Source of the DNA: Eledone cirrhosa
Lineage: Eukaryota
Assembly (NCBI GenBank): GCA_964016885.1
Contig: OZ024742.1
Span: 7,192,001-7,256,000 of the forward strand
DNA: 64,000 nt
Direction of reading: 5' to 3'
Below are positions 18,001-36,000 of this stretch, piece by piece. The notes under the pieces were generated by a model. It was not told the DNA's origin. It worked only from the letters and a program-made list of their open reading frames with translations, and ran no database searches. A program made the position numbers and the translations under genes. The number at the start of each line of letters is the position of its first letter. Within the stretch, counting starts at the first letter, position 1.

Positions 18001-21000
18001 GCAACAATTAAATAACAACACAACCAACAACAGCAACAATGACAATAACAACACAACCATCAACGGCAATAATGACAATAACAACACAACCAACAACAGC
18101 AACAGTGACAATAACAACACAACCAACAACATCAACAATGACAATAACAACACAACCAACAACAGCAACAATGACAATAACAACACAACCAACAACAGCA
18201 ACAATGACAATAACAACAAAACCAACAACAGCAACAGTGACAATAACAACACAACCAACAACAGCAACAATGACAATAACAACACAACCAACAATATCAA
18301 CAATGACGATAACAACACAACCAACAACAGCAACAATGATAATAACAACACAACCAACAACAGCATCAATGACATTAACAACACAACCAACAACAGCAAC
18401 AATGACAATAACAACACAACCAACAACAGCAACAATGACAATAACAACACAACCAACAACAGCAACAATGACAATAACAACACTACCAACAACAGCAACA
18501 ATGACAATAACAACACAACCAACAACACCAACAATGACAATAACAACACGACCAACAACAGCAATAATGACAATAACAACACAACCAACAACAGTAAGAA
18601 TGACAATAACAACACGACCAACAACTGCAACAATGACAATAACAACACTACCAACAACAGCAACAATGACAATAACAACACAACCAACAACACCAACAAT
18701 GACAATAACAACACAACCATCAACAGCGACAATGACAATAACAACAAAACCAACAACAGCAACAATGACAATAACAACACTACCAACAACAGCAACAATG
18801 ACAATAACAACACAACCAACAACACCAACAATGACAATAACAACACAACCATCAACAGCGACAATGACAATAACAACAAAACCAACAACAGCAACAATGA
18901 CAATAACAACACAAGCAACAACAGCAACAATAACAATAACAACATAACCAACAACAGCAACAATGACAATAACAACAGAACCAACAACAGCAACAATGAC
19001 AATAACAACACAACCAACAACAGCAACAATGACAATAACAACACAACCAACAACACCAACAATGACAATAACAACACAACCATCAACAGCGACAATGACA
19101 ATAACAACAAAACCAACAACAGCAACAATGACAATAACAACACTACCAACAACAGCAACAATGACAATAACAACACAACCAACAACACCAACAATGACAA
19201 TAACAACACAACCATCAACAGCGACAATGACAATAACAACAAAACCAACAACAGCAACAATGACAATAACAACACTACCAACAACAGCAACAATGACAAT
19301 AACAACACAACCAACAACACCAACAATGACAATAACAACACAACCATCAACAGCGACAATGACAATAACAACAAAACCAACAACAGCAACAATGACAATA
19401 ACAACACAAGCAACAACAGCAACAATAACAATAACAACATAACCAACAACAGCAACAATGACAATAACAACAGAACCAACAACAGCAACAATGACAATAA
19501 CAACAAAACCAACAACAGCAACAATTAAATAACAACACAACCAACAACAGCAACAATGACAATAACAACACAACCAACAACAGCAATAATGACAATAACA
19601 ACACAACCAACAACAGCAACAATGACAATAACAACACAGCCAACAACCGCAACAATGACAATAGCAACACAACCAACAACAGCAACAATGACAACAACAA
19701 CACAACCAACAACAATGACAATAATAACAAATCCAATAACAGCAACAATGACAATAACAACACAACCAACAACAGCAACAATGACAATAACAACACAACC
19801 AACAACAGCAACAATGACAATAACAACACAACCAACAACAGCAACAATGACAATAACAACACGACCAACAACAGCAACAATGACAATAACAACACAACCA
19901 ACAACAGCAACAATGACAATAGCAACACAACCAACAATATCAACAATGAGAATAACAACACAACCAACAACAGCAATAATGACAATAACAACACAACCAA
20001 CAACAGCAACAATGACAATAACAACACAACCAACAATAGCAACAATTAAATAACAACAGCAACAATTAAATAACAACACAACCAACAACAGCAACAATGA
20101 CAATAACAACACAACCATCAACGGCAATAATGACAATAACAACACAACCAACAACAGCAACAGTGACAATAACAACACAACCAACAACAGCAACAATGAC
20201 AATAACAACACAACCAACAACAGCAACAGTGACAATAACAACACAACAAACAACAGCAACAATGACAATAACAACACAACCAAACTATCAACACTGACAA
20301 TAACAACAAAACCAACAACAGCAACGATGACAATAACAACACAACCAACAACAGCAACAATGACAATAACAACATAACCAACAACAGCAACAATGACAAT
20401 AACAACAAAACCAACAACAGCAACAGTGACAATAACAACACAACCAACAACAGCAACAATGACAATAACAACACAACCAACAATATCAACAATGACGATA
20501 ACAACACAACCAACAACAGCAACAATGATAATAACAACACAACCAACAACAGCAACAATGACATTAACAACACAACCAACAACAGCAACAATGACAATAA
20601 CAACACAACCAACAACAGCAATAATGACAATAACAACACAACCAACAATATCAACAATGACAATAACAACACAACCAACAACAGCAACAATGACAATAAC
20701 AACACGACCAACAACAGCAATAATGGCAATAACAACACAACCAACAACAGTAACAATGACAATAACAACACGACCAACAACAGCAACAATGACAATAACA
20801 ACACTACCAACAACAGCAACAATGACACTAACAACACAACCAACAACACCAACAATGACAATAACAACACAACCAACAACACCAACAATGACAATAACAA
20901 CACAACCATCAACAGCGACAATGACAATAACAACAAAACCAACAAGAGCAACAATGACAATAACAACACAAGCAACAACAGCAACAATGACAATAACAAC

Positions 21001-24000
21001 AAAACCAACAACAGCAACAATGACAATAACAACACAAGCAACAACAGCAACAATAACAATAACAACATAACCAACAACAGCAACAATGACAATAACAACA
21101 GAACCAACAACAGCAACAATGACAATAACATCACAACCAACAACAGCAACAATGACAATAACAACACAACCAACAACAGCAACAATGACAATAACAACAC
21201 AACCAACAACCGCAACAATGTCAATAACAACACAACCAACAACAGCAACAATGACAATAACAACACAACCAACAACAGCAACAATGACATTAACAACACA
21301 ACCAACAACAGCAACAATGACAATAATAACACAACCAACAACAGCAACAATGACAATAACAACAAAACCAACAACAGCAACAATGACAATAACAACACAA
21401 CCAACAACCGCAACAATGACAATAACAACAGGACCAACAACAGCAATAACGACAATAACAACAAAACCAAAGACAGCAATAATGACAATAACAACACAAC
21501 CAACAACAGCAACAATGACAATAACAACACAACCAACAACAGCAATAATGACAATAACAACACAACCAACAACAGCAATAATGACAATAACAACAGAACC
21601 AACAACAGCAACAATGACAATAACAACACAGCCAACAACCGCAACAATGACAATAGCAACACAACCAACAACAGCAACAATGACAACAACAACACAACCA
21701 ACAACAATGACAATAATAACAAATCCAATAACAGCAACAATGACAATAACAACACAACCAACAACAGCAACAATGACAATAACAACACAACCAACAACAG
21801 CAACAATGACAATAACAACACAACCAACAACAGCAACAATGACAATAACAACACGACCAACAACAGCAACAATGACAATAACAACACAACCAACAACAGC
21901 AACAATGACAATAGCAACACAACCAACAATATCAACAATGAGAATAACAACACAACCAACAACAGCAATAATGACAATAACAACACAACCAACAACAGCA
22001 ACAATGACAATAACAACACAACCAACAACAGCAACAATGACAATAACAACACAACCAACAATAGCAACAATTAAATAACAACAGCAACAATTAAATAACA
22101 ACACAACCAACAACAGCAACAATGACAATAACAACACAACCATCAACGGCAATAATGACAATAACAACACAACCAACAACAGCAACAGTGACAATAACAA
22201 CACAACCAACAACAGCAACAATGACAATAACAACACAACCAACAACAGCAACAGTGACAATAACAACACAACAAACAACAGCAACAATGACAATAACAAC
22301 ACAACCAAACTATCAACACTGACAATAACAACAAAACCAACAACAGCAACAATGACAATAACAACACAACCAACAACAGCAACAATGACAATAACAACAT
22401 AACCAACAACAGCAACAATGACAATAACAACAAAACCAACAACAGCAACACTGACAATAACAACACAACCAACAACAGCAACAATGACAATAACAACACA
22501 ACCAACAATATCAACAATGACGATAACAACACAACCAACAACAGCAACAATGATAATAACAACACAACCAACAACAGCAACATTGACATTAACAACACAA
22601 CCAACAACAGCAACAATGACAATAACAACACAACCAACAACAGCAACAATGACAATAACAACACAACCAACAATATCAACAATGACAATAACAACACAAC
22701 CAACAACAGCAACAATGACAATAACAACACGACCAACAACAGCAATAATGGCAATAACAACACAACCAACAACAGTAACAATGACAATAACAACACGACC
22801 AACAACAGCAACAATGACAATAACAACACTACCAACAACAGCAACAATGACAATAACAACACAACCAACAACACCAACAATGACAATAACAACACAACCA
22901 TCAACAGCAACAATGACAATAACAACAAAACCAACAACAGCAACAATGACAATAACAACACAAGCAACAACAGCAACAATGACAATAACAACATAACCAA
23001 CAACAGCAACAATGACAATAACAACAAAACCAACAACAGCAACAATGACAATAACAACACAACCAACAACAGCAACAATGACAATAACAACACAACCAAC
23101 AACAGCAACAATGACAATAAAAACACAACCAACAACAGCAGCAATGACAATAACAACAAAACAACAACAGCAACAATGACAATAACAACACAACCATCAA
23201 CAGCAACAATGACAATAACAACACAACCAACAGCAGCAACAATGACAATAACAACACAACCAACAACAGCAACAATGACAATAACATCACAACCAACAAC
23301 AGCAGCCATGACAATAACAACACGACCAACAACAGTAACAATGACAATAACAACACAACCAACAATATCAACAATGACAATAACAACACAACCAACAACA
23401 GCAACAATGACAATAACAACACAACCAACAACAGCAACAATGACAATAATAACACGACCAACAACAGCAACAATGACAATAACAACACAACCAACAACAG
23501 CAACAATGACAATAACAACACAACCAACAACAGCAACAATGACAATAACAACACGACCAACAACAGCAACAATGACAATAACAACACAACCAACAACAGC
23601 AACAATGACAATAACAACACAACCAACAACAGCAACAATGACAATAACAACACGACCAACAACAGCAACAATGACAATAACAACACAACTAACAACAGCA
23701 ACAATTGAATAACAACACAACCAACAACAACAACAATGACAATAACAACACAACCAACAACAGCAACAATGACAATAACAACAAAACCAACAACAGCAAC
23801 AATGACAATAACAACACAACCAACAACAGCAATAATGACAATAACAACACAACCAACAACAGCAACAGTGACAATAACAACACAACCAACAACAGCAACA
23901 ATGACAATAACAACACAACCAACAACAGCAATAATGACAATAACAACACGACCAACAACAGCAACAATGACAATAACAACACAACCAACAACAGCAATAA

Positions 24001-27000
24001 TGACAATAAGAACACAACCAACAACAGCAACAATGACAATAACAACACAACCAACAATATCAACAATGACAATAACAACACAACCAACAACAGCAACAAT
24101 GACAATAACAACACGACCAACAAAAGCAACAATGACAATAACAACATGACCAACAACAGCAACAATGACAATAAAACAAAACCAACAACAGCAACAGTGA
24201 CAATAACAACACAACCACCAACATCAACAATGACAGTAACAACACAACCAACAACAGCAACAATGACAATAACAACACAACCAACAACAGCAACAATGAC
24301 AATAACAACACGACCAACAACAGCAACAATGACGATAACAACACAACTAACAACAGCAACAATTGAATAACAACACAACCAACAACAACAACAATGACAA
24401 TAACAACACAACCAACAACAGCAACAATGACAATAACAACACAACCAACAACAGCAATAATGACAATAACAACAATACCAACAACAGCAATAATGACAAT
24501 AACAACACGACCAACAACAGCAACAATGACAATAACAACACAACCAACAACAGCAATAATGACAATAAGAACACAACCAACAACAGCAACAATGACAATA
24601 ACAACACAACCAACAATATCAACAATGACAATAACAACACAACCAACAACAGCAACAATGACGATAACAACACGACCAACAAAAGCAACAATGACAATAA
24701 CAACACGACCAACAACAGCAACAATGACAATAAAACAAAACCAACAACAGCAACAGTGACAATAACAACACAACCACCAACATCAACAATGACAGTAACA
24801 ACACAACCAACAACAGCAACAGTGAAAATAACAACACAACCAACAACAGCAACAATGACAATAACAACAAAACCAACAACAGCAACAATGATAATAACAA
24901 CACAACCAACAACAGCAACAGTGACAATAACAACACTACCAACAACAGCAACAATGACAATAACAACACAACCAACAACAGCAACAATGACAATAACAAC
25001 ACAACCAACAACAGCAACAATGACAATAATAACACAACCAACAACAGCAACAATGACAATAACAACAAAACCAACAACAGCAACAATGACAATAACAACA
25101 CAACCAACAACCGCAACAATGACAATAACAACAGGACCAACAACAGCAATAACGACAATAACAACAAAACCAAAGACAGCAATAATGACAATAACAACAC
25201 AACCAACAACAGCAACAATGACAATAACAACACAACCAACAACAGCAATAATGACAATAACAACACAACCAACAACAGCAATAATGACAATAACAACACA
25301 ACAAACAACAGCAACAATGACAATAACAACACAACCAACAACCGCAACAATGACAATAACAACACAACCAACAACAGCAACAATGACAACAACAACACAA
25401 CCAACAACAATGACAATAATAACAAATCCAATAACAGCAACAATGACAATAACAACACAACCAACAACAGCAACAATAACAATAACAACACAACCAACAA
25501 CAGCAACAATGACAATAACAACACAACCAACAACAGCAACAATGACAATAACAACACGACCAACAACAGCAACAATGACAATAACAACACAACCAACAAC
25601 AGCAACAATGACAATAGCAACACAACCAACAATATCAACAATGACAATAACAACACAACCAACAACAGCAATAATGACAATAACAACACAACCAACAACA
25701 GCAACAATGACAATAACAACACAACCAACAACAGCAACAATGACAATAACAACACAACCAACAATAGCAACAATTAAATAACAACACAACCAACAACAGC
25801 AACAATGACAATAACAACACGACCAACAACAGCAACAATGACAATAACAACACAACCAACAACAGCAACAATGACAATAACAACACAACCAACAACAGCA
25901 ATAATGACAATAACAACACAACCAACAACAGCAACAATGACAACAACAACACAACCAACAACAATGACAATAATAACAAATCCAATAACAGCAACAATGA
26001 CAATAACAACACAACCAACAACAGCAACAATGACAATAACAACACAACCAACAACAGCAACAATGACAATAACAACACAACCAACAACAGCAACAATGAC
26101 AATAACAACACGACCAACAACAGCAACAATGACAATAACAACACAACCAACAACAGCAACAATGACAATAGCAACACAACCAACAATATCAACAGTGACA
26201 ATAACAACACAACCAACAACAGCAATAATGACAATAACAACACAACCAACAACAGCAACAATGACAATAACAACACAACCAACAACAGCAACAATGACAA
26301 TAACAACACAACCAACAATAGCAACAATTAAATAACAACACAACCAACAACAGCAACAATGACAATAACAACACAACCATCAACGGCAATAATGACAATA
26401 ACAACACAACCAACAACAGCAACAGTGACAATAACAACACAACCAACAACATCAACAATGACAATAACAACACAACCAACAACAGCAACAATGACAATAA
26501 CAACACAACCAACAACAGCAACAATGACAATAACAACACAACCAACACTATCAACAATGACAATAACAACAAAACCAACAACAGCAACAGTGACAATAAC
26601 AACACAACCAACAACAGCAACAATGACAATAACAACACAACCAACAATATCAACAATGACGATAACAACACAACCAACAACAGCAACAATGATAATAACA
26701 ACACAACCAACAACATCAACAATGACATTAACAACACAACCAACAACAGCAACAATGACAATAACAACACAACCAACAACAGCAACAATGACAATAACAA
26801 CACAACCAACAACAGCAACAATGACAATAACAACAAAACCAACAACAGCAACAATGACAATAACAACACAACCAACAACCGCAACAATGACAATAACAAC
26901 AGGACCAACAACAGCAATAACGGCAATAACAACAAAACCAAAGACAGCAATAATGACAATAACAACACAACCAACAACAGCAACAATGACAATAACAACA

Positions 27001-30000
27001 CAACCAACAACAGCAATAATGACAATAACAACACAACAAACAACAGCAATAATGACAATAACAACACAACAAACAACAGCAACAATGACAATAACAACAC
27101 AACCAACAACCGCAACAATGACAATAACAACACAACCAACAACAGCAACAATGACAACAACAACACAACCAACAACAATGACAATAATAACAAATCCAAT
27201 AACAGCAACAATGACAATAACAACACAACCAACAACAGCAACAATGACAATAACAACACAACCAACAACAGCAACAATGACAATAACAACACAACCAACA
27301 ACAGCAACAATGACAATAACAACACGACCAACAACAGCAACAATGACAATAACAACACAACCAACAACAGCAACAATGACAATAGCAACACAACCAACAA
27401 TATCAACAATGACAATAACAACACAACCAACAACAGCAATAATGACAATAACAACACAACCAACAACAGCAACAATGACAATAACAACACAACCAACAAC
27501 AGCAACAATGACAATAACAACACAACCAACAATAGCAACAATTAAATAACAACACAACCAACAACAGCAACAATGACAATAACAACACGACCAACAACAG
27601 CAACAATGACAATAACAACACAACCAACAACACCAACAATGACAATAACAACACAACCAACAACAGCAATAATGACAATAACAACACAACCAACAACAGC
27701 AACAATGACAACAACAACACAACCAACAACAATGACTATAATAACAAATCCAATAACAGCAACAATGACAATAACAACACAACCAACAACAGCAACAATG
27801 ACAATAACAACACAACCAACAACAGCAACAATGACAATAACAACACAACCAACAACAGCAACAATGACAATAACAACACGACCAACAACAGCAACAATGA
27901 CAATAACAACACAACCAACAACAGCAACAATGACAATAGCAACACAACCAACAATATCAACAATGACAATAACAACACAACCAACAACAGCAATAATGAC
28001 AATAACAACACAACCAACAACAGCAACAATGACAATAACAACACAACCAACAACCGCAACAATGACAATAACAACAGGACCAACAACAGCAATAACGACA
28101 ATAACAACAAAACCAAAGACAGCAATAATGACAATAACAACACAACCAACAACAGCAACAATGACAATAACAACACAACCAACAACAGCAATAATGACAA
28201 TAACAACACAACCAACAACAGCAATAATGACAATAACAACACAACAAACAACAGCAACAATGACAATAACAACACAACCAACAACCGCAACAATGACAAT
28301 AACAACACAACCAACAACAGCAACAATGACAACAACAACACAACCAACAACAATGACAATAATAACAAATCCAATAACAGCAACAATGACAATAACAACA
28401 CAACCAACAACAGCAACAATAACAATAACAACACAACCAACAACAGCAACAATGACAATAACAACACAACCAACAACAGCAACAATGACAATAACAACAC
28501 GACCAACAACAGCAACAATGACAATAACAACACAACCAACAACAGCAACAATGACAATAGCAACACAACCAACAATATCAACAATGACAATAACAACACA
28601 ACCAACAACAGCAATAATGACAATAACAACACAACCAACAACAGCAACAATGACAATAACAACACAACCAACAACAGCAACAATGACAATAACAACACAA
28701 CCAACAATAGCAACAATTAAATAACAACACAACCAACAACAGCAACAATGACAATAACAACACGACCAACAACAGCAACAATGACAATAACAACACAACC
28801 AACAACAGCAACAATGACAATAACAACACAACCAACAACAGCAATAATGACAATAACAACACAACCAACAACAGCAACAATGACAACAACAACACAACCA
28901 ACAACAATGACAATAATAACAAATCCAATAACAGCAACAATGACAATAACAACACAACCAACAACAGCAACGATGACAATAACAACACAACCAACAACAG
29001 CAACAATGACAATAACAACACAACCAACAACAGCAACAATGACAATAACAACACGACCAACAACAGCAACAATGACAATAACAACACAACCAACAACAGC
29101 AACAATGACAATAGCAACACAACCAACAATATCAACAGTGACAATAACAACACAACCAACAACAGCAATAATGACAATAACAACACAACCAACAACAGCA
29201 ACAATGACAATAACAACACAACCAACAACAGCAACAATGACAATAACAACACAACCAACAATAGCAACAATTAAATAACAACACAACCAACAACAGCAAC
29301 AATGACAATAACAACACAACCATCAACGGCAATAATGACAATAACAACACAACCAACAACAGCAACAGTGACAATAACAACACAACCAACAACATCAACA
29401 ATGACAATAACAACACAACCAACAACAGCAACAATGACAATAACAACACAACCAACAACAGCAACAATGACAATAACAACACAACCAACACTATCAACAA
29501 TGACAATAACAACAAAACCAACAACAGCAACAGTGACAATAACAACACAACCAACAACAGCAACAATGACAATAACAACACAACCAACAATATCAACAAT
29601 GACGATAACAACACAACCAACAACAGCAACAATGATAATAACAACACAACCAACAACATCAACAATGACATTAACAACACAACCAACAACAGCAACAATG
29701 ACAATAACAACACAACCAACAACAGCAACAATGACAATAACAACACAACCAACAACAGCAACAATGACAATAACAACAAAACCAACAACAGCAACAATGA
29801 CAATAACAACACAACCAACAACCGCAACAATGACAATAACAACAGGACCAACAACAGCAATAACGGCAATAACAACAAAACCAAAGACAGCAATAATGAC
29901 AATAACAACACAACCAACAACAGCAACAATGACAATAACAACACAACCAACAACAGCAATAATGACAATAACAACACAACAAACAACAGCAATAATGACA

Positions 30001-33000
30001 ATAACAACACAACAAACAACAGCAACAATGACAATAACAACACAACCAACAACCGCAACAATGACAATAACAACACAACCAACAACAGCAACAATGACAA
30101 CAACAACACAACCAACAACAATGACAATAATAACAAATCCAATAACAGCAACAATGACAATAACAACACAACCAACAACAGCAACAATGACAATAACAAC
30201 ACAACCAACAACAGCAACAATGACAATAACAACACAACCAACAACAGCAACAATGACAATAACAACACGACCAACAACAGCAACAATGACAATAACAACA
30301 CAACCAACAACAGCAACAATGACAATAGCAACACAACCAACAATATCAACAATGACAATAACAACACAACCAACAACAGCAATAATGACAATAACAACAC
30401 AACCAACAACAGCAACAATGACAATAACAACACAACCAACAACAGCAACAATGACAATAACAACACAACCAACAATAGCAACAATTAAATAACAACACAA
30501 CCAACAACAGCAACAATGACAATAACAACACGACCAACAACAGCAACAATGACAATAACAACACAACCAACAACACCAACAATGACAATAACAACACAAC
30601 CAACAACAGCAATAATGACAATAACAACACAACCAACAACAGCAACAATGACAACAACAACACAACCAACAACAATGACTATAATAACAAATCCAATAAC
30701 AGCAACAATGACAATAACAACACAACCAACAACAGCAACAATGACAATAACAACACAACCAACAACAGCAACAATGACAATAACAACACAACCAACAACA
30801 GCAACAATGACAATAACAACACGACCAACAACAGCAACAATGACAATAACAACACAACCAACAACAGCAACAATGACAATAGCAACACAACCAACAATAT
30901 CAACAATGACAATAACAACACAACCAACAACAGCAATAATGACAATAACAACACAACCAACAACAGCAACAATGACAATAACAACACAACCAACAACAGC
31001 AACAATGACAATAACAACACAACCAACAATAGCAACAATTATATAACAACACAACCAACAACAGCAACAATGACAATAACAACACAACCATCAACGGCAA
31101 TAATGACAATAACAACACAACCTACAACAGCAACAGTGACAATAACAACACAACCAACAACATCAACAATGACAATAACAACACAACCAACAACAGCAAC
31201 AATGACAATAACAACACAACCAACAACAGCAACAATGACAATAACAACACAACCAACACTATCAACAATGACAATAACAACAAAACCAACAACAGCAACA
31301 GTGACAATAACAACACAACCAACAACAGCAACAATGACAATAACAACACAACCAACAATATCAACAATGACGATAACAACACAACCAACAACAGCAACAA
31401 TGATAATAACAACACAACCAACAACATCAACAATGACATTAACAACACAACCAACAACAGCAACAATGACAATAACAACACAACCAACAACAGCAACAAT
31501 GACAATAACAACAGAACCAACAATATCAACAATGACAATAACAACACAACCAACAACAGCAACAATGACAATAACAACACGACCAACAACAGCAATAATG
31601 ACAATAACAACACAACCAACAACAGTAACAATGACAATAACAACACGACCAACAACAGCAACAATGACAATAACAACACTACCAACAACAGCAACAATGA
31701 CAATAACAACACAACCAACAACACCAACAATGACAATAACAACACAACCATCAACAGCGACAATGACAATAACAACAAAACCAACAACAGCAACAATGAC
31801 AATAACAACACTACCAACAACAGCAACAATGACAATAACAACACAACCAACAACACCAACAATGACAATAACAACATAACCAACAACAGCAACAATGACA
31901 ATAACAACAAAACCAACAACAGCAACAATGACAATAACAACACAACCAACAACAGCAACAATGACAATAACAACACAACCAACAACAGCAACAATGACAA
32001 TAACAACACAACCAACAACAGCAACAATGACAATAATAACACGACCAACAACAGAAACAATGACAATAACAACACGACCAACAACAGCAACAATGACAAT
32101 AACAACACAACCAACAACAGCAACAATGACAATAACAACACAACCAACAACAGCAACAATGACAATAACAACACGACCAACAACAGCAACAATGACAATA
32201 ACAACACAACCAACAACAGCAACAATTAAATAACAACACAACCAACAACAACAACAATGACAATAACAACACAACCAACAACAGCAACAATGACAATAAC
32301 AACACAACCAACAACAGCAATAATGACAATAACAACAAAACCAACAACAGCAACAATGACAATAACAACACAACCAACAACAGCAATAATGACAATAACA
32401 ACACAACCAACAACAGCAACAGTGACAATAACAACACAACCAACAACAGCAACAATGACAATAACAACACAACCAACAACAGCAATAATGACAATAACAA
32501 CACGACCAACAACAGCAACAATGACAATAACAACACAACCAACAACAGCAATAATGACAATAACAACACAACCAACAACAGCAACAATGACAATAACAAC
32601 ACAACCAACAATATCAACAATGACAATAACAACACAACCAACAACAGCAACAATGACAATAACAACAAAACCAACAACAGCAATAATGACAATAACAACA
32701 CAACCAACAACAGCAACAATGACAATAACAACACAACCAACAACAGCAACAATGACAATAACAACACAACCAACAATAGCAACAATTATATAACAACACA
32801 ACCAACAACAGCAACAATGACAATAACAACACAACCATCAACGGCAATAATGACAATAACAACACAACCAACAACAGCAACAATGACAATAACAACACAA
32901 CCAACAACAGCAACAATGACAATAACAACACAACCAACAATAGCAACAATTAAATAACAACACAACCTACAACAGCAACAGTGACAATAACAACACAACC

Positions 33001-36000
33001 AACAACATCAACAATGACAATAACAACACAACCAACAACAGCAACAATGACAATAACAACACAACCAACAACAGCAACAATGACAATAACAACACAACCA
33101 ACACTATCAACAATGACAATAACAACAAAACCAACAACAGCAACAGTGACAATAACAACACAACCAACAACAGCAACAATGACAATAACAACACAACCAA
33201 CAATATCAACAATGACGATAACAACACAACCAACAACAGCAACAATGATAATAACAACACAACCAACAACATCAACAATGACATTAACAACACAACCAAC
33301 AACAGCAACAATGACAATAACAACACAACCAACAACAGCAACAATGACAATAACAACAGAACCAACAATATCAACAATGACAATAACAACACAACCAACA
33401 ACAGCAACAATGACAATAACAACACGACCAACAACAGCAATAATGACAATAACAACACAACCAACAACAGTAACAATGACAATAACAACACGACCAACAA
33501 CAGCAACAATGACAATAACAACACTACCAACAACAGCAACAATGACAATAACAACACAACCAACAACACCAACAATGACAATAACAACACAACCATCAAC
33601 AGCGACAATGACAATAACAACAAAACCAACAACAGCAATAATGACAATAACAACACAACCAACAACAGCAACAATGACAATAACAACACAACCAACAACA
33701 GCAACAATGACAATAGCAACACAACCAACAATATCAACAATGACAATAACAACACAACCAACAACAGCAATAATGACAATAACAACACAACCAACAACAG
33801 CAACAATGACAATAACAACACAACCAACAACAGCAACAATGACAATAACAACACAACCAACAATAGCAACAATTAAATAACAACACAACCAACAACAGCA
33901 ACAATGACAATAACAACACGACCAACAACAGCAACAATGACAATAACAACACAACCAACAACAGCAACAATGACAATAACAACACAACCAACAACAGCAA
34001 TAATGACAATAACAACACAACCAACAACAGCAACAATGACAACAACAACACAACCAACAACAATGACAATAATAACAAATCCAATAACAGCAACAATGAC
34101 AATAACAACACAACCAACAACAGCAACAATGACAATAACAACACAACCAACAACAGCAACAATGACAATAACAACACAACCAACAACAGCAACAATGACA
34201 ATAACAACACGACCAACAACAGCAACAATGACAATAACAACACAACCAACAACAGCAACAATGACAATAGCAACACAACCAACAATATCAACAGTGACAA
34301 TAACAACACAACCAACAACAGCAATAATGACAATAACAACACAACCAACAACAGCAACAATGACAATAACAACACAACCAACAACAGCAACAATGACAAT
34401 AACAACACAACCAACAATAGCAACAATTAAATAACAACACAACCAACAACAGCAACAATGACAATAACAACACAACCATCAACGGCAATAATGACAATAA
34501 CAACACAACCAACAACAGCAACAGTGACAATAACAACACAACCAACAACATCAACAATGACAATAACAACACAACCAACAACAGCAACAATGACAATAAC
34601 AACACAACCAACAACAGCAACAATGACAATAACAACACAACCAACACTATCAACAATGACAATAACAACAAAACCAACAACAGCAACAGTGACAATAACA
34701 ACACAACCAACAACAGCAACAATGACAATAACAACACAACCAACAATATCAACAATGACGATAACAACACAACCAACAACAGCAACAATGATAATAACAA
34801 CACAACCAACAACATCAACAATGACATTAACAACACAACCAACAACAGCAACAATGACAATAACAACACAACCAACAACAGCAACAATGACAATAACAAC
34901 ACAACCAACAACAGCAACAATGACAATAACAACAAAACCAACAACAGCAACAATGACAATAACAACACAACCAACAACCGCAACAATGACAATAACAACA
35001 GGACCAACAACAGCAATAACGGCAATAACAACAAAACCAAAGACAGCAATAATGACAATAACAACACAACCAACAACAGCAACAATGACAATAACAACAC
35101 AACCAACAACAGCAATAATGACAATAACAACACAACAAACAACAGCAATAATGACAATAACAACACAACAAACAACAGCAACAATGACAATAACAACACA
35201 ACCAACAACCGCAACAATGACAATAACAACACAACCAACAACAGCAACAATGACAACAACAACACAACCAACAACAATGACAATAATAACAAATCCAATA
35301 ACAGCAACAATGACAATAACAACACAACCAACAACAGCAACAATGACAATAACAACACAACCAACAACAGCAACAATGACAATAACAACACAACCAACAA
35401 CAGCAACAATGACAATAACAACACGACCAACAACAGCAACAATGACAATAACAACACAACCAACAACAGCAACAATGACAATAGCAACACAACCAACAAT
35501 ATCAACAATGACAATAACAACACAACCAACAACAGCAATAATGACAATAACAACACAACCAACAACAGCAACAATGACAATAACAACACAACCAACAACA
35601 GCAACAATGACAATAACAACACAACCAACAATAGCAACAATTAAATAACAACACAACCAACAACAGCAACAATGACAATAACAACACGACCAACAACAGC
35701 AACAATGACAATAACAACACAACCAACAACACCAACAATGACAATAACAACACAACCAACAACAGCAATAATGACAATAACAACACAACCAACAACAGCA
35801 ACAATGACAACAACAACACAACCAACAACAATGACTATAATAACAAATCCAATAACAGCAACAATGACAATAACAACACAACCAACAACAGCAACAATGA
35901 CAATAACAACACAACCAACAACAGCAACAATGACAATAACAACACAACCAACAACAGCAACAATGACAATAACAACACGACCAACAACAGCAACAATGAC